Below are positions 54,514 through 63,935 of a stretch of DNA of 64,000 nucleotides, one piece after another (position 1 is the stretch's first letter; each line of letters opens with the position of its first letter). The notes beneath the pieces are model-generated. The model was not told the DNA's origin and did not search any database. It was given only the letters and a program-made list of their open reading frames with translations. Location: positions 1 to 64,000 of the IMG/VR virus record IMGVR_UViG_3300009868_000003; one strand, 5' to 3'. Source of the stretch: a virus (taxonomy: Duplodnaviria > Caudoviricetes). Made by a program: the position numbers and the translations under genes.

Positions 54514-55679
54514 TTTTTCGCAGTAGGTGAAGTTGTATTAGGTTGTGAATAGTATCTGCTATATGAACGGTTTCCCTTAGCATCCTTAAGAAGAAGTCCT
54601 TTTCCTTGTAGGAACTTTTGAACACTGGATGGGTCGATTGAGTATTCACCGTCTAAATCATCGATTAAGTTGTTTCCGGTGATCTTTTCGTACGTATCGC
54701 GAACTGCATCTAAATCGGCTTGAGACTTAATAGGTTCAAGTATTTTCTTAATCTTATCGGTTTCATCCCAAGCAACTCCTGATATTTGGTTTTTAAGCTG
54801 TGTTGCTATGTCCAAAACTTGAGAATCATTTAAGGTCTTTCCTGCAACAGGTGCTCCTCCTAATTTAGTTCCAGTAGAGGCTGCTTGTCCTGCTCCTCCG
54901 GCTCCAGGTTGTCCTGTCTTAGGGGAGTTCTGAGAGCCTGAATTTAAGTAAGTTTGAAGTTGGTTCATATCCACGTTTCCGCCAGCTTTCATTACTGCAG
55001 CAAGTAATGTGTCTAATACCTGTTGAGTTACCTCATTTATAGGTTGACCTTGGTTTCCGTTTACCACAAGGCCTAATGCAGATGCTGTTACGTCTCCATA
55101 ACGACCATCAATACCTCCCTTACCTTTTATAAGAGCTGCTGCTTGTGGATTTGCTGCACTTATAAGAGTCTGAAGGACCTTGGCTCGACCGTCAATTATT
55201 CCAGGATTCTTTTTAAGTCCAACCAATTTACCTGATATTCCCTTTAAGTCTGCATCAGTTGCTTTGTGTGTCTGACCAAACATATGTTCAACTGATTTTA
55301 CTTCAAGTTTAACCTTATTAGTTCCAGCAATAGGAGAAACTTTAAGTTTTGCAACCAAATTTCTATCACCCTTAGAATCTGTGAATTCCACATTATCTAT
55401 GTCAACTGGCTGAGAAATGTTTGCAAGATCTATTTTAGTTCCAATTGCGGTCTGAAGTGATTGTTGTTCAGCTGAACCACGAATACCTCCCATGACCTCG
55501 TCAAAAACCTTCTTTAATTCTTCTGAACCCGCTGGAGCAGAAGAATTTGGATTTTGGGTCTGTTGGTTAGCAGCATTTGCAGGATCCTTAGTAGGATCGT
55601 AATACTGGTTATCTGGTGTGTCCTCGTTTATTGTCTTAAACTTTTTTTGCTCTAAAAACAATGCATAGTTTTGAATCAT
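54510..55679 (-). CDS. Probable virion protein with PG-binding-like and annexin-repeat-like domains
   Basis: LQTL...IDGRYGDVT; C-terminal A..L...ISG..WDE...I.KIL...Y....G.NL.DDL.GEYS. Confidence 0.65.
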   Translation of the reverse strand: MIQNYALFLEQKKFKTINEDTPDNQYYDPTKDPANAANQQTQNPNSSAPAGSEELKKVFDEVMGGIRGSAEQQSLQTAIGTKIDLANISQPVDIDNVEFTDSKGDRNLVAKLKVSPIAGTNKVKLEVKSVEHMFGQTHKATDADLKGISGKLVGLKKNPGIIDGRAKVLQTLISAANPQAAALIKGKGGIDGRYGDVTASALGLVVNGNQGQPINEVTQQVLDTLLAAVMKAGGNVDMNQLQTYLNSGSQNSPKTGQPGAGGAGQAASTGTKLGGAPVAGKTLNDSQVLDIATQLKNQISGVAWDETDKIKKILEPIKSQADLDAVRDTYEKITGNNLIDDLDGEYSIDPSSVQKFLQGKGLLLKDAKGNRSYSRYYSQPNTTSPTAKK

Positions 55680-55697
55680 CTTATGTTAGTTTGATTT

Positions 55698-56351
55698 TTA
55701 AACAGCTGAATAGATTACTGGAGTTCCTTTAGGTGTAGTAAAAGTCACGTCGCTTCCTACCGCTCCGGCTGCACCTGATGCTGTATTATCCTGTGCTCCT
55801 GTTTTTTTACTTATTGCGTTGTTCAGCTGAGCAAGAGTCTTCTGTTTTTCCTTGTCAACTTCACTGACAATACGATTGTCTGCTCCTGGTTTAGCATACT
55901 TAGGAAGTTCTGCTATTGGAACTAACCATACATGCCATTCGTTTGGTTTCTCGTAATAGTATTCCTTAGGAAAATCGTTATATTTGGTTTTATCCATTAG
56001 TGAGATGATAAACACATTCACAAACCTTCCAGTAAAACCTGCAGCCTCAGGAACGTCTTTCTTTAACTGGTCATATGCTAGGAAAAAATTAGCAGAATCG
56101 TCAAATGCTTTTTTAAATTCATCAAAGGTCCTTGCACTTTGCATCTGTTCCCTCCAGATACCCATAAGTTCGATTTGGTTAGGGTCATGCTCAATAAATT
56201 TAGCCTTCATTGTTGCAAGAGCACCATCAAGTGTCTTGATGACTATGAATTTGTATTTGTTTCCTTGAGTCTTAATTTTAGTCATCTCCTTTTCGGTGAG
56301 ATTTTCCTTAACGAAGTCATCAAATGATGGAAGTCTTTTAAATTCTTTCAT
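55698..56351 (-). CDS. Hypothetical protein, capsid-targeting-like N-terminus
   Basis: MKEFKRLPSFDDFVKENLTE. Confidence 0.75.
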   Translation of the reverse strand: MKEFKRLPSFDDFVKENLTEKEMTKIKTQGNKYKFIVIKTLDGALATMKAKFIEHDPNQIELMGIWREQMQSARTFDEFKKAFDDSANFFLAYDQLKKDVPEAAGFTGRFVNVFIISLMDKTKYNDFPKEYYYEKPNEWHVWLVPIAELPKYAKPGADNRIVSEVDKEKQKTLAQLNNAISKKTGAQDNTASGAAGAVGSDVTFTTPKGTPVIYSAV

Positions 56352-56356
56352 GTTGT

Positions 56357-58492
56357 TTAGTTTGTTCCAGAAGTCTGCTTTTGTTGGATTCTTAAGTCAA
56401 CTAATCTCTTAGTTTCCTCAAGAAGCATATCAGCATCTTCTTTGGTTATCTTTTTATTATTTAAAAGCCAATCGATGTTTTGTTTTGCAACGGTCATGGC
56501 CTGAGAATCATCAAGGTAAGCTGTTCCATTCTGGATGCTTATTATAGTTAGGAAGTGTAACTGTTTATTGCTGTCTGGAATTGAATCATATGTATCAAAC
56601 ATGACATCCTCAACTGGAGCCATTCCTAAATTCTTCAGCATCTCGTTTTGGTTTCTAGCAATGGCTTCAGCATCTTCCTTTTTATAGATAGGTTTTTGAC
56701 CTAAGTCATTGTCTTTATAACGAACGTCTTTAATGTCTTTATATGCTGGATCGTGAACCGGCATATAAGTAGAAGCTGCAGCTATTAGTGGTTCGCAATT
56801 TTCGTTGCAATTAGGTTTTGCTGTGTATTTTGAAAGGCTCGAATGAATTTCCATGGCAGCTTGAGTAAACGATGCTTGAACCGTTGGGTCGTTTACGTCT
56901 CCTGCATAATTTTTCATAAGGTCAGCCTTAATTTGTTCTACTGTTTGGACCTCAACCTCGTGTCCGTCTGCGTCGTTAATAGATTCCGACCAGCACCTAA
57001 ATTGACATAAAAGTGAATTAGATCTTGTTGCAACGTTTCTTAAAACAAGTCTAAAGAAATATTTGAAATATGGAAAGGTAGTAGAAGCAACCCCATTTTT
57101 TATTAAACCTGAAATAAGAGCCTTATTTTTATCGACTGTTTTGAGCATGTTCATATACATGTTCGGTTTTGCCGCAATAGTCTTTAAAAACACCAGGTCA
57201 CCTTTAGACAGCCCTTTAACAAAAGCTGGATTATCTAGCATCTTAAGGGTTGCGTTTCTTAATTCAAGTGCGGAAGCATCCTTCATTAATAGCTTAAATG
57301 AAGGCTTAAAGTTTGTGTATTTAGAAAGAGCAGTAGCAAAGACTTCCGCTTCTTTTGTTCCATGAATTGCTGATTTTTCGACAAGTTCTCCTGCTCTTTT
57401 GAAAGATTGAAGAACTCCATGAGAATACTTATATGCTTCTTTCGCTCTTTGTGGAAGCTTTGCATATTCAGCAGTCTTCATAAAATCGTCAAGATGAGTC
57501 GTTATCATTAAGTCTTGGCTATGAGGAACTAGTTTTTGAGTTCCTGACATTCCAGGTTTAGGGACGGTTACTGTTTTAGAACCGGCTGCTCCTCTTTCTA
57601 CTGCCTCAATCTCGCGTACAAAATCATCTCCACTTGCCGATAAAGCCTTCATTTTTTGAAGTGTTGGAGTATTCTTTAAACCTAATATTTTAGTTTCAGC
57701 TTTAGTTGAGATCCAACCTACAACCTTTGCAATGCCTGATATTACACCGTCAAACATCTTATAGATTATTTCTACTCCACCTCTAAGGAACTCCTTAATG
57801 ATGTTTATGAATTTACCTCCTCCTACTTTTAGGAATTCGGGATTTTTATATAAGTCTGCTACTGCATGAGCTGCTGCTCCTTTATCGGTCTTAAATATGG
57901 CCTCAGAGAGAGCCTTTATCCCTGTAAATCTTGCCAATGGCCTGAAAGCTTCAGCCATGACTCCGAATGGAAGAAGAGCAATAAAAGATATCGCTGCATC
58001 AAAAAATCTACCTTGAATTAAATAGATGATACCGTTAACTAATGCGGCTGCCCTATCAATTGGGATTCCAATATATGTTGCTGGGATAAGAGAAACAATA
58101 TCTAGAATTAGGTGTAAAGCACCCAACATCCAGTTTTGGTCTTCAAAATATGCGCCTTTAACGAATCCCCAAACTGCACTTGCAACCTTTCCAATTCCAC
58201 TAAAAAGGTCCTCATTAATCTTTTGAGCAATGATTTCAAAGTCTTTAAAACGATTTTCAAAGACAAAGACAGGGTCGGCCCCATTAGAATAAAACTCATG
58301 TTCTATTCTAAGCGCTTGTCCCGCACTTATTCCTTTGTTTTCAAAAAAGTTTAAATAGTTTTCTGTTACCGGTAGGTAATAGAGAGTATCGTCGTACAAA
58401 TAAGATTTAGACTCAAGGATTTCCTTAAGCTTCTGTCCCTCTGGGGTTCTAAGATATAAAAATTGATTTATGTCTGGGGATACGAATGACAC
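56357..58492 (-). CDS. Large protein with pre-toxin-like hydrophobic hairpin (polymorphic-toxin type motif)
   Basis: LHLILDIVSLIP...D.AAALVNG.IY..QGRFFDAAISFIALLPFG; GATAAATA upstream. Confidence 0.6.
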   Translation of the reverse strand: MSFVSPDINQFLYLRTPEGQKLKEILESKSYLYDDTLYYLPVTENYLNFFENKGISAGQALRIEHEFYSNGADPVFVFENRFKDFEIIAQKINEDLFSGIGKVASAVWGFVKGAYFEDQNWMLGALHLILDIVSLIPATYIGIPIDRAAALVNGIIYLIQGRFFDAAISFIALLPFGVMAEAFRPLARFTGIKALSEAIFKTDKGAAAHAVADLYKNPEFLKVGGGKFINIIKEFLRGGVEIIYKMFDGVISGIAKVVGWISTKAETKILGLKNTPTLQKMKALSASGDDFVREIEAVERGAAGSKTVTVPKPGMSGTQKLVPHSQDLMITTHLDDFMKTAEYAKLPQRAKEAYKYSHGVLQSFKRAGELVEKSAIHGTKEAEVFATALSKYTNFKPSFKLLMKDASALELRNATLKMLDNPAFVKGLSKGDLVFLKTIAAKPNMYMNMLKTVDKNKALISGLIKNGVASTTFPYFKYFFRLVLRNVATRSNSLLCQFRCWSESINDADGHEVEVQTVEQIKADLMKNYAGDVNDPTVQASFTQAAMEIHSSLSKYTAKPNCNENCEPLIAAASTYMPVHDPAYKDIKDVRYKDNDLGQKPIYKKEDAEAIARNQNEMLKNLGMAPVEDVMFDTYDSIPDSNKQLHFLTIISIQNGTAYLDDSQAMTVAKQNIDWLLNNKKITKEDADMLLEETKRLVDLRIQQKQTSGTN

Positions 58493-58516
58493 AGGCTTCT
58501 TCCTGTTTCTTTTTAT

Positions 58517-59590
58517 TTATCCCTCTTTAAACCTAGCTACTTTAAGTGCAATCTTTTTGTAAAGGTCTCCTTGTTCCTCGGTCGAAAGATCCATTAGAAA
58601 CTTAAGAACTTCGCTATATTGAAATTCACTTTCAAAGCTTAGACCAGGCTCTAACCATGAAAAATTATACGATACTGGAATTGCTCCAAATATTACAGCT
58701 TCATAGATTCTTGCAGGTATGAATCTGTATTGGTTGTATTTGTTTTTTGTTACGTTTAAACAGACATTACTGTTTTTAAAAGTGTCCCATGCAACTAAGC
58801 GGTTACCTCTTTCAATCAAATGAGTATTACTTTCCTCAAAGTCTTCCCGAAGTTCCGGAGTTATTTTTGCAACTATTGATAACTTTGGTGATTTACCGGT
58901 GAATGTTTTAACTCGTTCTGTTTCAAAAAGAACGTCCTTAAGAATTTGAGATTTTTCATGACCTGCTTTATAATTGTTGGCATCGACGTTTCCGTAAAAT
59001 ATTACATTTGAACTAAGACCTCCCTTAAACTTTTCTTTTAAATTTAGTTCTATAAAGGAAGAGGCAAATTCTTCAGATATTCCTGGAAAATCAATTGATG
59101 GGACTATGATTTTTATTCCATGATCTTCCGCAAACGACTTAAATGACGCAGGTAATGAAAGGTCAGTGTCTACTATATAGGCGTTTTGTGTTGGAAACTT
59201 CGAATCTATTATAGTTTTAATAATTTCTTCAAACTTCCAAGTATCTGTTAATCCTTTTGAGAGGCTTGAAAGGTTTCTAAATCTTGCCTTTAGGAAGATT
59301 TTATTGTATTTCTTAGCTTTTATGTAATCGAGAACTTGATTTAGGTCTTGAACGAGTGCATCAATATTTTGCTCCGCGAATTCAAACATCAATTTACCAT
59401 GATTGTCTGTTGGAAAATCACAAGTTAATGGTTCAACATCAGATATGTATGAGAAGACTTCAAATTTTTGTCCGTCACCATACATTCGTCGTATTGAATC
59501 TAAAAGTCCGATTTGATAAAAGGTGTGACCTGGAACGTCCAGTTTAAAATTGGTTCCAAATGAACCGAAGTATGCATATAAGTTATTCAT
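58517..59590 (-). CDS. GT-B glycosyltransferase resembling T4 DNA beta-glucosyltransferase
   Basis: By-eye matches to recalled T4 BGT motifs: NFKLDVP..T.Y, DTDLSLP, VIFYGN, KYNQYRFIPARIYEA...GAI. Confidence 0.55.
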   Translation of the reverse strand: MNNLYAYFGSFGTNFKLDVPGHTFYQIGLLDSIRRMYGDGQKFEVFSYISDVEPLTCDFPTDNHGKLMFEFAEQNIDALVQDLNQVLDYIKAKKYNKIFLKARFRNLSSLSKGLTDTWKFEEIIKTIIDSKFPTQNAYIVDTDLSLPASFKSFAEDHGIKIIVPSIDFPGISEEFASSFIELNLKEKFKGGLSSNVIFYGNVDANNYKAGHEKSQILKDVLFETERVKTFTGKSPKLSIVAKITPELREDFEESNTHLIERGNRLVAWDTFKNSNVCLNVTKNKYNQYRFIPARIYEAVIFGAIPVSYNFSWLEPGLSFESEFQYSEVLKFLMDLSTEEQGDLYKKIALKVARFKEG

Positions 59591-59993
59591 CTATCTTTTC
59601 CTGGTTTCTTCGCCAGTCAAGATATTTTATTAGGACTCCATCCTTTGGTTCTACGTTAATATTTCCTTTTTGAAAGATTTCCCAAGAATCCTGACCATAC
59701 TTACCAATTCCATGCAGCTCTATGGGCTCTTTCCAATCCTTTTCGAGCCATTCCTTAGAAAATCTGACTATTGTCTTTGCTCTTTTTTCAGAAAGTCCTA
59801 ATGGCGTTAAAAATGATTTTAGAAACTCATGGTTCGCTTTAGTTGCACGTTCAGAAGTAGGATACATCTCGAAGAAAAGGTCTCTAATTCCGTCAACCTG
59901 TTTTCTTTGTGTTAGATTTAAAAAGATGCAACATATAAGCATCTTCCAAGGGTCCTTTTGATAAATTTCCTGTAAGAGAACAAATGGGCTCAT
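59583..59993 (-). CDS. HhH-GPD DNA glycosylase, MBD4-like
   Basis: LLQE.Y..DPW..LI.C.FLN.T, L.PLGL...RAK, L.GIGKYG.DSW.IF, V.PKD..L.KY..W. Confidence 0.85.
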   Translation of the reverse strand: MSPFVLLQEIYQKDPWKMLICCIFLNLTQRKQVDGIRDLFFEMYPTSERATKANHEFLKSFLTPLGLSEKRAKTIVRFSKEWLEKDWKEPIELHGIGKYGQDSWEIFQKGNINVEPKDGVLIKYLDWRRNQEKIDE

Positions 59994-60010
59994 TACAGTA
60001 TTATACCAAA

Positions 60011-60355
60011 TTAGGATTCTCTTTCTGGTTGTTCAGGTTGAGTAGGGGCAGGCACCTCGGCTGTTTGTTCGCTTCCAAGTGGAGCATTAGACAATGACAT
60101 ATCCTCTTCTCTCTTCTTATCAAGGTTTTCAAGCTCTTCTGGAGTCTTTTCCCTTTCTAAGTTAATTTTATGTTGAATATCATCATTCTTAAGCGGAAAA
60201 GATTTTCCACTTGGGTCTATTGCAAGGTATGATTGTGAAGTCGATTCGACTCCAATAATGTTAACTAATCTTCCATCCTTGAGGCGTACTCTATCCCCTC
60301 CCTTATATTTACTAGGACGTAGGTCTAAGAATGCGGACTCATAGTCCTCAAACAT
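60011..60355 (-). CDS. Hypothetical protein with SH3/KOW-like core
   Basis: KYKGGDRVRLKDGRLV.IIGV. Confidence 0.7.
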   Translation of the reverse strand: MFEDYESAFLDLRPSKYKGGDRVRLKDGRLVNIIGVESTSQSYLAIDPSGKSFPLKNDDIQHKINLEREKTPEELENLDKKREEDMSLSNAPLGSEQTAEVPAPTQPEQPERES

Positions 60356-61935
60356 TAGTTTTTTTTAGACAGATCTAATGCAACGTATTTATTCTTAAGG
60401 GAAACTAAGCTTTTTTGGATGCTTTCCTTAAGAGTAGTAAGATGATCTAGAACATCAGGAGTTATATCTGGGTTCTTGAGAGCCTCGGAGATTTTAACCT
60501 CAGACTGTTCAAGTTTTGCAATATCGGTTTCAATTGCTCTCTTCTCTTCATCAATAATAAATGCGGTCTCTTCTGCTTCACTTAGTTGTATTGAATACAG
60601 ATCCCTAACATCGTATTGGAATTTTTCAAGAACATATATATGGAAACCTACTGGACTAACCTTTACGAACTTATCGCTAGTTGTTGTTCCTTTTTCCATC
60701 ACAAAAACCTTATCCTTAAACCCGATTGCATATGATTCATTTGCAAACTGAGTGTTTCTAATCCTTTTTACGTTTTGAAGGTTTACAATTTGAGAAAGAC
60801 CTTCAAAGAAATCAGCAAGATTTTGACGAACGTTTGTTGACTCCATCATTCCAATCTCAGTAACATTAACGTTTTCAGGTTCAACCTTAGACCCTGCTAT
60901 AAATACTTCAACGTTTCCTGATTCATTTGTCTTAAGGCTTACCTTAACATGACGTGTTCCGGTTGAAACGAATTTTCCTTCTATTTCTTTAAATCCTAAA
61001 TAATAAAAAGCTTCACATACTTTTCTAAAAGATTCTGGAAGACCTTCGTATTCTTCCTGCGAAATTAAATCAGGGTCGGTCTCTTCCTCTTCTCCTTCAA
61101 TTTCTTCGTCTTCTTTGATAACATACATCTTACTGTCGACAAAGAAATAGGATTTATTTTCATTTTTCATGAATGGGCTAATAACGTCGGAAACGGTGGT
61201 TGCACCAGAACCTATACCCATATCAAATCCACCTTCGCCTTGAGCTTCATACATTTTAAGAGCATTAACAAGACGATTCACAACTGCAACATTCTTAAAA
61301 TCACGGAGTCTCATAGAGATAGCAGAAGACGTTGTTTCGTCCTTTTCAAGACACTCTTCTAACACTAAGCACAGATTCTTATAAATTAAGTTGTTAACTC
61401 TTTCAAGCTCAAAAATAGTGTCAGCTATCATAAGCTTTGGTTTATTCTCTTCAAGGAATACCTTGGCTTCTGTTACGACCTCTTTAATGTCTGCGTCATA
61501 GACATAGTTTTCGAAAATCCTAATAAATGGAACCAGAGATTTGAATTCTGGTAAAACCGCGATAGCCTCTTCTATTTTATCACAGCTTCCCTTTACAATT
61601 GGATCCTTAGATGCCTTAGACCCTTTAACCTTCTTAACTTTATCCTTAAGACCAATTGAACCTAACAGTTTCTTGGTCTTTTTCTTAGGGGTATTAAACA
61701 GTTTTTCTTTTTTGTCTTTAACTAGGTTCTTTATAAAGTTTTTCTTTTCACCAACGAAGTCGCTTAATGCTTCTAGGTTATTTAGAAGGCTCTCGTACAC
61801 TTCATCTGAGTCGCTGTTAGTGTTAACAACGTTCTTAGCACCATCCAAATACATTTTTACTACTGGGTGGTTAGCCAACGTTTCATCAGATTGAAGTTCT
61901 AATATTAATTCTTGAGTCATTCCTGCCATTGCCAT
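60355..61935 (-). CDS. Large helical protein, probable late/structural
   Basis: ORF track; GATAAATA upstream; coiled-coil C-terminus. Confidence 0.7.
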   Translation of the reverse strand: MAMAGMTQELILELQSDETLANHPVVKMYLDGAKNVVNTNSDSDEVYESLLNNLEALSDFVGEKKNFIKNLVKDKKEKLFNTPKKKTKKLLGSIGLKDKVKKVKGSKASKDPIVKGSCDKIEEAIAVLPEFKSLVPFIRIFENYVYDADIKEVVTEAKVFLEENKPKLMIADTIFELERVNNLIYKNLCLVLEECLEKDETTSSAISMRLRDFKNVAVVNRLVNALKMYEAQGEGGFDMGIGSGATTVSDVISPFMKNENKSYFFVDSKMYVIKEDEEIEGEEEETDPDLISQEEYEGLPESFRKVCEAFYYLGFKEIEGKFVSTGTRHVKVSLKTNESGNVEVFIAGSKVEPENVNVTEIGMMESTNVRQNLADFFEGLSQIVNLQNVKRIRNTQFANESYAIGFKDKVFVMEKGTTTSDKFVKVSPVGFHIYVLEKFQYDVRDLYSIQLSEAEETAFIIDEEKRAIETDIAKLEQSEVKISEALKNPDITPDVLDHLTTLKESIQKSLVSLKNKYVALDLSKKN

Positions 61936-61964
61936 GAGGCTTATTTTGATTTATTTATCCAATT

Positions 61965-63935
61965 TTAACCAGTTTGAATGTTAGTTATCTTAGATAGTTT
62001 AGCATTCAATGTGTTTTGGAACCTTGCCTTGTTTGTTGGGTCAAACTTTAACAATATTGCATTGTCTGGGCTAGCCTTAATACTTATGTTTTCGTTATCC
62101 TTAGCTTGTTGAAGCTGGGCTTCCAACTCAGCAACCTTATTTCTTAAGTCTGCTATTGTTTCTAAATTATCCTTTTCTGTCTGATATATCGAATTTACTT
62201 CATCTCTATCATCTACACTATACCATTTACCTGAATAAAATGATGTTTGGGTTCCGTCTGTTGCTATTGATATTAAGTGAAAGTTATTATCATTGGACTG
62301 AAGGATTTTCTTAGAATCATCTTTAGTGACTTTGAATAGGATTTCGCCTAGACTAGGATTAGCCTTAGTCTGATCATTAATACTTTCAACAGTGACCTGG
62401 CCATCACTTGTATTAAAGACAAGGCTTAATGAAGAATTAAGGTTTAGATCCATCGGTTGAATAACATCAGCCACACCTGGTTTTGTTATTTTGGTGTAAA
62501 CCTTAAACTTAAATATGTTGTCAAAAGGTTTAACAACTATGGGCAGTTTTCCTTGACCGAATGCGATGACATCATTGGTGTCCTTAACTGTCACCATATG
62601 ACTTTCTTCAGACACCGCTATATTCTGAGATTCATAAAACATTGGAACAAATTGAGTAATGGTTGTGCCAACACTTGCAGTAGTGGTATTCGGAAGTATT
62701 GTGCTCGTAGTATTGCTAGGTCCTATAAAAAGAAGGGTAGAATCAAAGTTCTTTTTGATTAACTTATTGTATATCTTTTGAGACTCAGGGAGATCTTTAA
62801 GCTTAATAGAAACTAAGTGAGCCCCATACTTATTAGGATTTAAAACAACAAGTGAACCTGACCTTATTATTTGGTCTCCATTATTTTGATTAAGAAGTCT
62901 TACTGTATAATCAATTGTCATTGAGATTGCTTCTTCTGCGTGTTCCAATATTGGTCTAAATTTCTGCGGAGCATCAAAATTATCAGTTTGATATTGCACC
63001 AAATTAGCCGTCTTTATGAATGATGTTCCTACCTGTTCATATACTGTCAGTTGATGAATTAGAATCCAATTTTCGCCAGTCCTTGTATTTAAGACTGAAA
63101 TTAGTTCCTCTGGGAATCCGCTGTTCCATGTGGCAAAAAATTCAATATAATCACCGACTGTCGATTCCTGAATATGAACTCCTAAATTATCAAATTCGTT
63201 TACCTGAACAACATCTGTTTCAAAATGTCGAACTGTGTTAAAGATTTCATACTTAGTATTATTTGTTACCAAGTCAGGTGCAGGAGTACACTCATCTAGA
63301 GATATTGAAATTGGGCTGTTTTGGATAAACCCTATTCCATCAGTTATTTGATAAGCAAAAGTTGAGGGCCTGTTTGATGAAGTGTAAAATTCTTCGTCTA
63401 TGCTTTTAAGGGAAGGTATTGTGATCTCAATATACCTGTCATAAGAAGAGTCCCTTAGAAAAATAGGTTTAGGGTTAAACGTTAAAAGATATTGCGAAGT
63501 CAGTTGATCTAACAAAAGACATGCTAATAAACCAGTCCTCTCATCGGTTAGGTTTTGTTTTATTGAGAAAACAAGCTTTTGAACTTCGCTAAAATTAAAA
63601 CCTGTTGCAAAGTGAATTCTTACCTTATCGACTACTGGATTATACCCCGCTATTAGTGATTCAGAAACGGTCGTGTCATATAATGTATAGTTAGGAATCT
63701 TCTCTTGGTCAAGGTAAACGTATTTTCCTCCATCAAGTGGCATAACCGTTAAATCCTTAACGTTTTTAGTTGTGTATAAATATGCGTCCTCATTATAAAT
63801 TTGGACGGTAGAATCACCACGTTTGGTTGCAAAAAAAGGAATATTTATAATTTGAGTAGAACCTAGCGGCTCCATCCTGTATTCAACAAGACAGTAATCA
63901 GTAAGGCTTACAAATTTAATTATACCAGTTGCCAT
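61965..63935 (-). CDS. Large beta-rich protein, probable structural
   Basis: ORF track; beta-rich composition, coiled-coil C-terminus. Confidence 0.7.
   Translation of the reverse strand: MATGIIKFVSLTDYCLVEYRMEPLGSTQIINIPFFATKRGDSTVQIYNEDAYLYTTKNVKDLTVMPLDGGKYVYLDQEKIPNYTLYDTTVSESLIAGYNPVVDKVRIHFATGFNFSEVQKLVFSIKQNLTDERTGLLACLLLDQLTSQYLLTFNPKPIFLRDSSYDRYIEITIPSLKSIDEEFYTSSNRPSTFAYQITDGIGFIQNSPISISLDECTPAPDLVTNNTKYEIFNTVRHFETDVVQVNEFDNLGVHIQESTVGDYIEFFATWNSGFPEELISVLNTRTGENWILIHQLTVYEQVGTSFIKTANLVQYQTDNFDAPQKFRPILEHAEEAISMTIDYTVRLLNQNNGDQIIRSGSLVVLNPNKYGAHLVSIKLKDLPESQKIYNKLIKKNFDSTLLFIGPSNTTSTILPNTTTASVGTTITQFVPMFYESQNIAVSEESHMVTVKDTNDVIAFGQGKLPIVVKPFDNIFKFKVYTKITKPGVADVIQPMDLNLNSSLSLVFNTSDGQVTVESINDQTKANPSLGEILFKVTKDDSKKILQSNDNNFHLISIATDGTQTSFYSGKWYSVDDRDEVNSIYQTEKDNLETIADLRNKVAELEAQLQQAKDNENISIKASPDNAILLKFDPTNKARFQNTLNAKLSKITNIQTG

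Larger units (their letters stand above)
17608..61959. promoter_or_regulatory. Dispersed T4-late-like promoter boxes NATAAATA (one more at 8612)
   Basis: TATAAATA at 8612(-),33370(+),39546(-),42363(+); GATAAATA at 17608(+),39560(+),58514(-),61952(-); AATAAATA at 21305(+),32785(-),37118(-),41603(-). Each lies within ~30 nt of a start codon in matching orientation. Confidence 0.6.

Noticed and set aside
517-63241. Numerous opposite-strand or alternate-frame track ORFs (e.g. 1562..1888, 4421..4909, 9229..9633, 31916..32245, 36232..36624, 57063..57365, 60476..60751, 61541..61894)
   Set aside because: They are fully nested against better-supported genes, Ser/Phe/Leu-rich as expected for antisense frames, and lack promoters.
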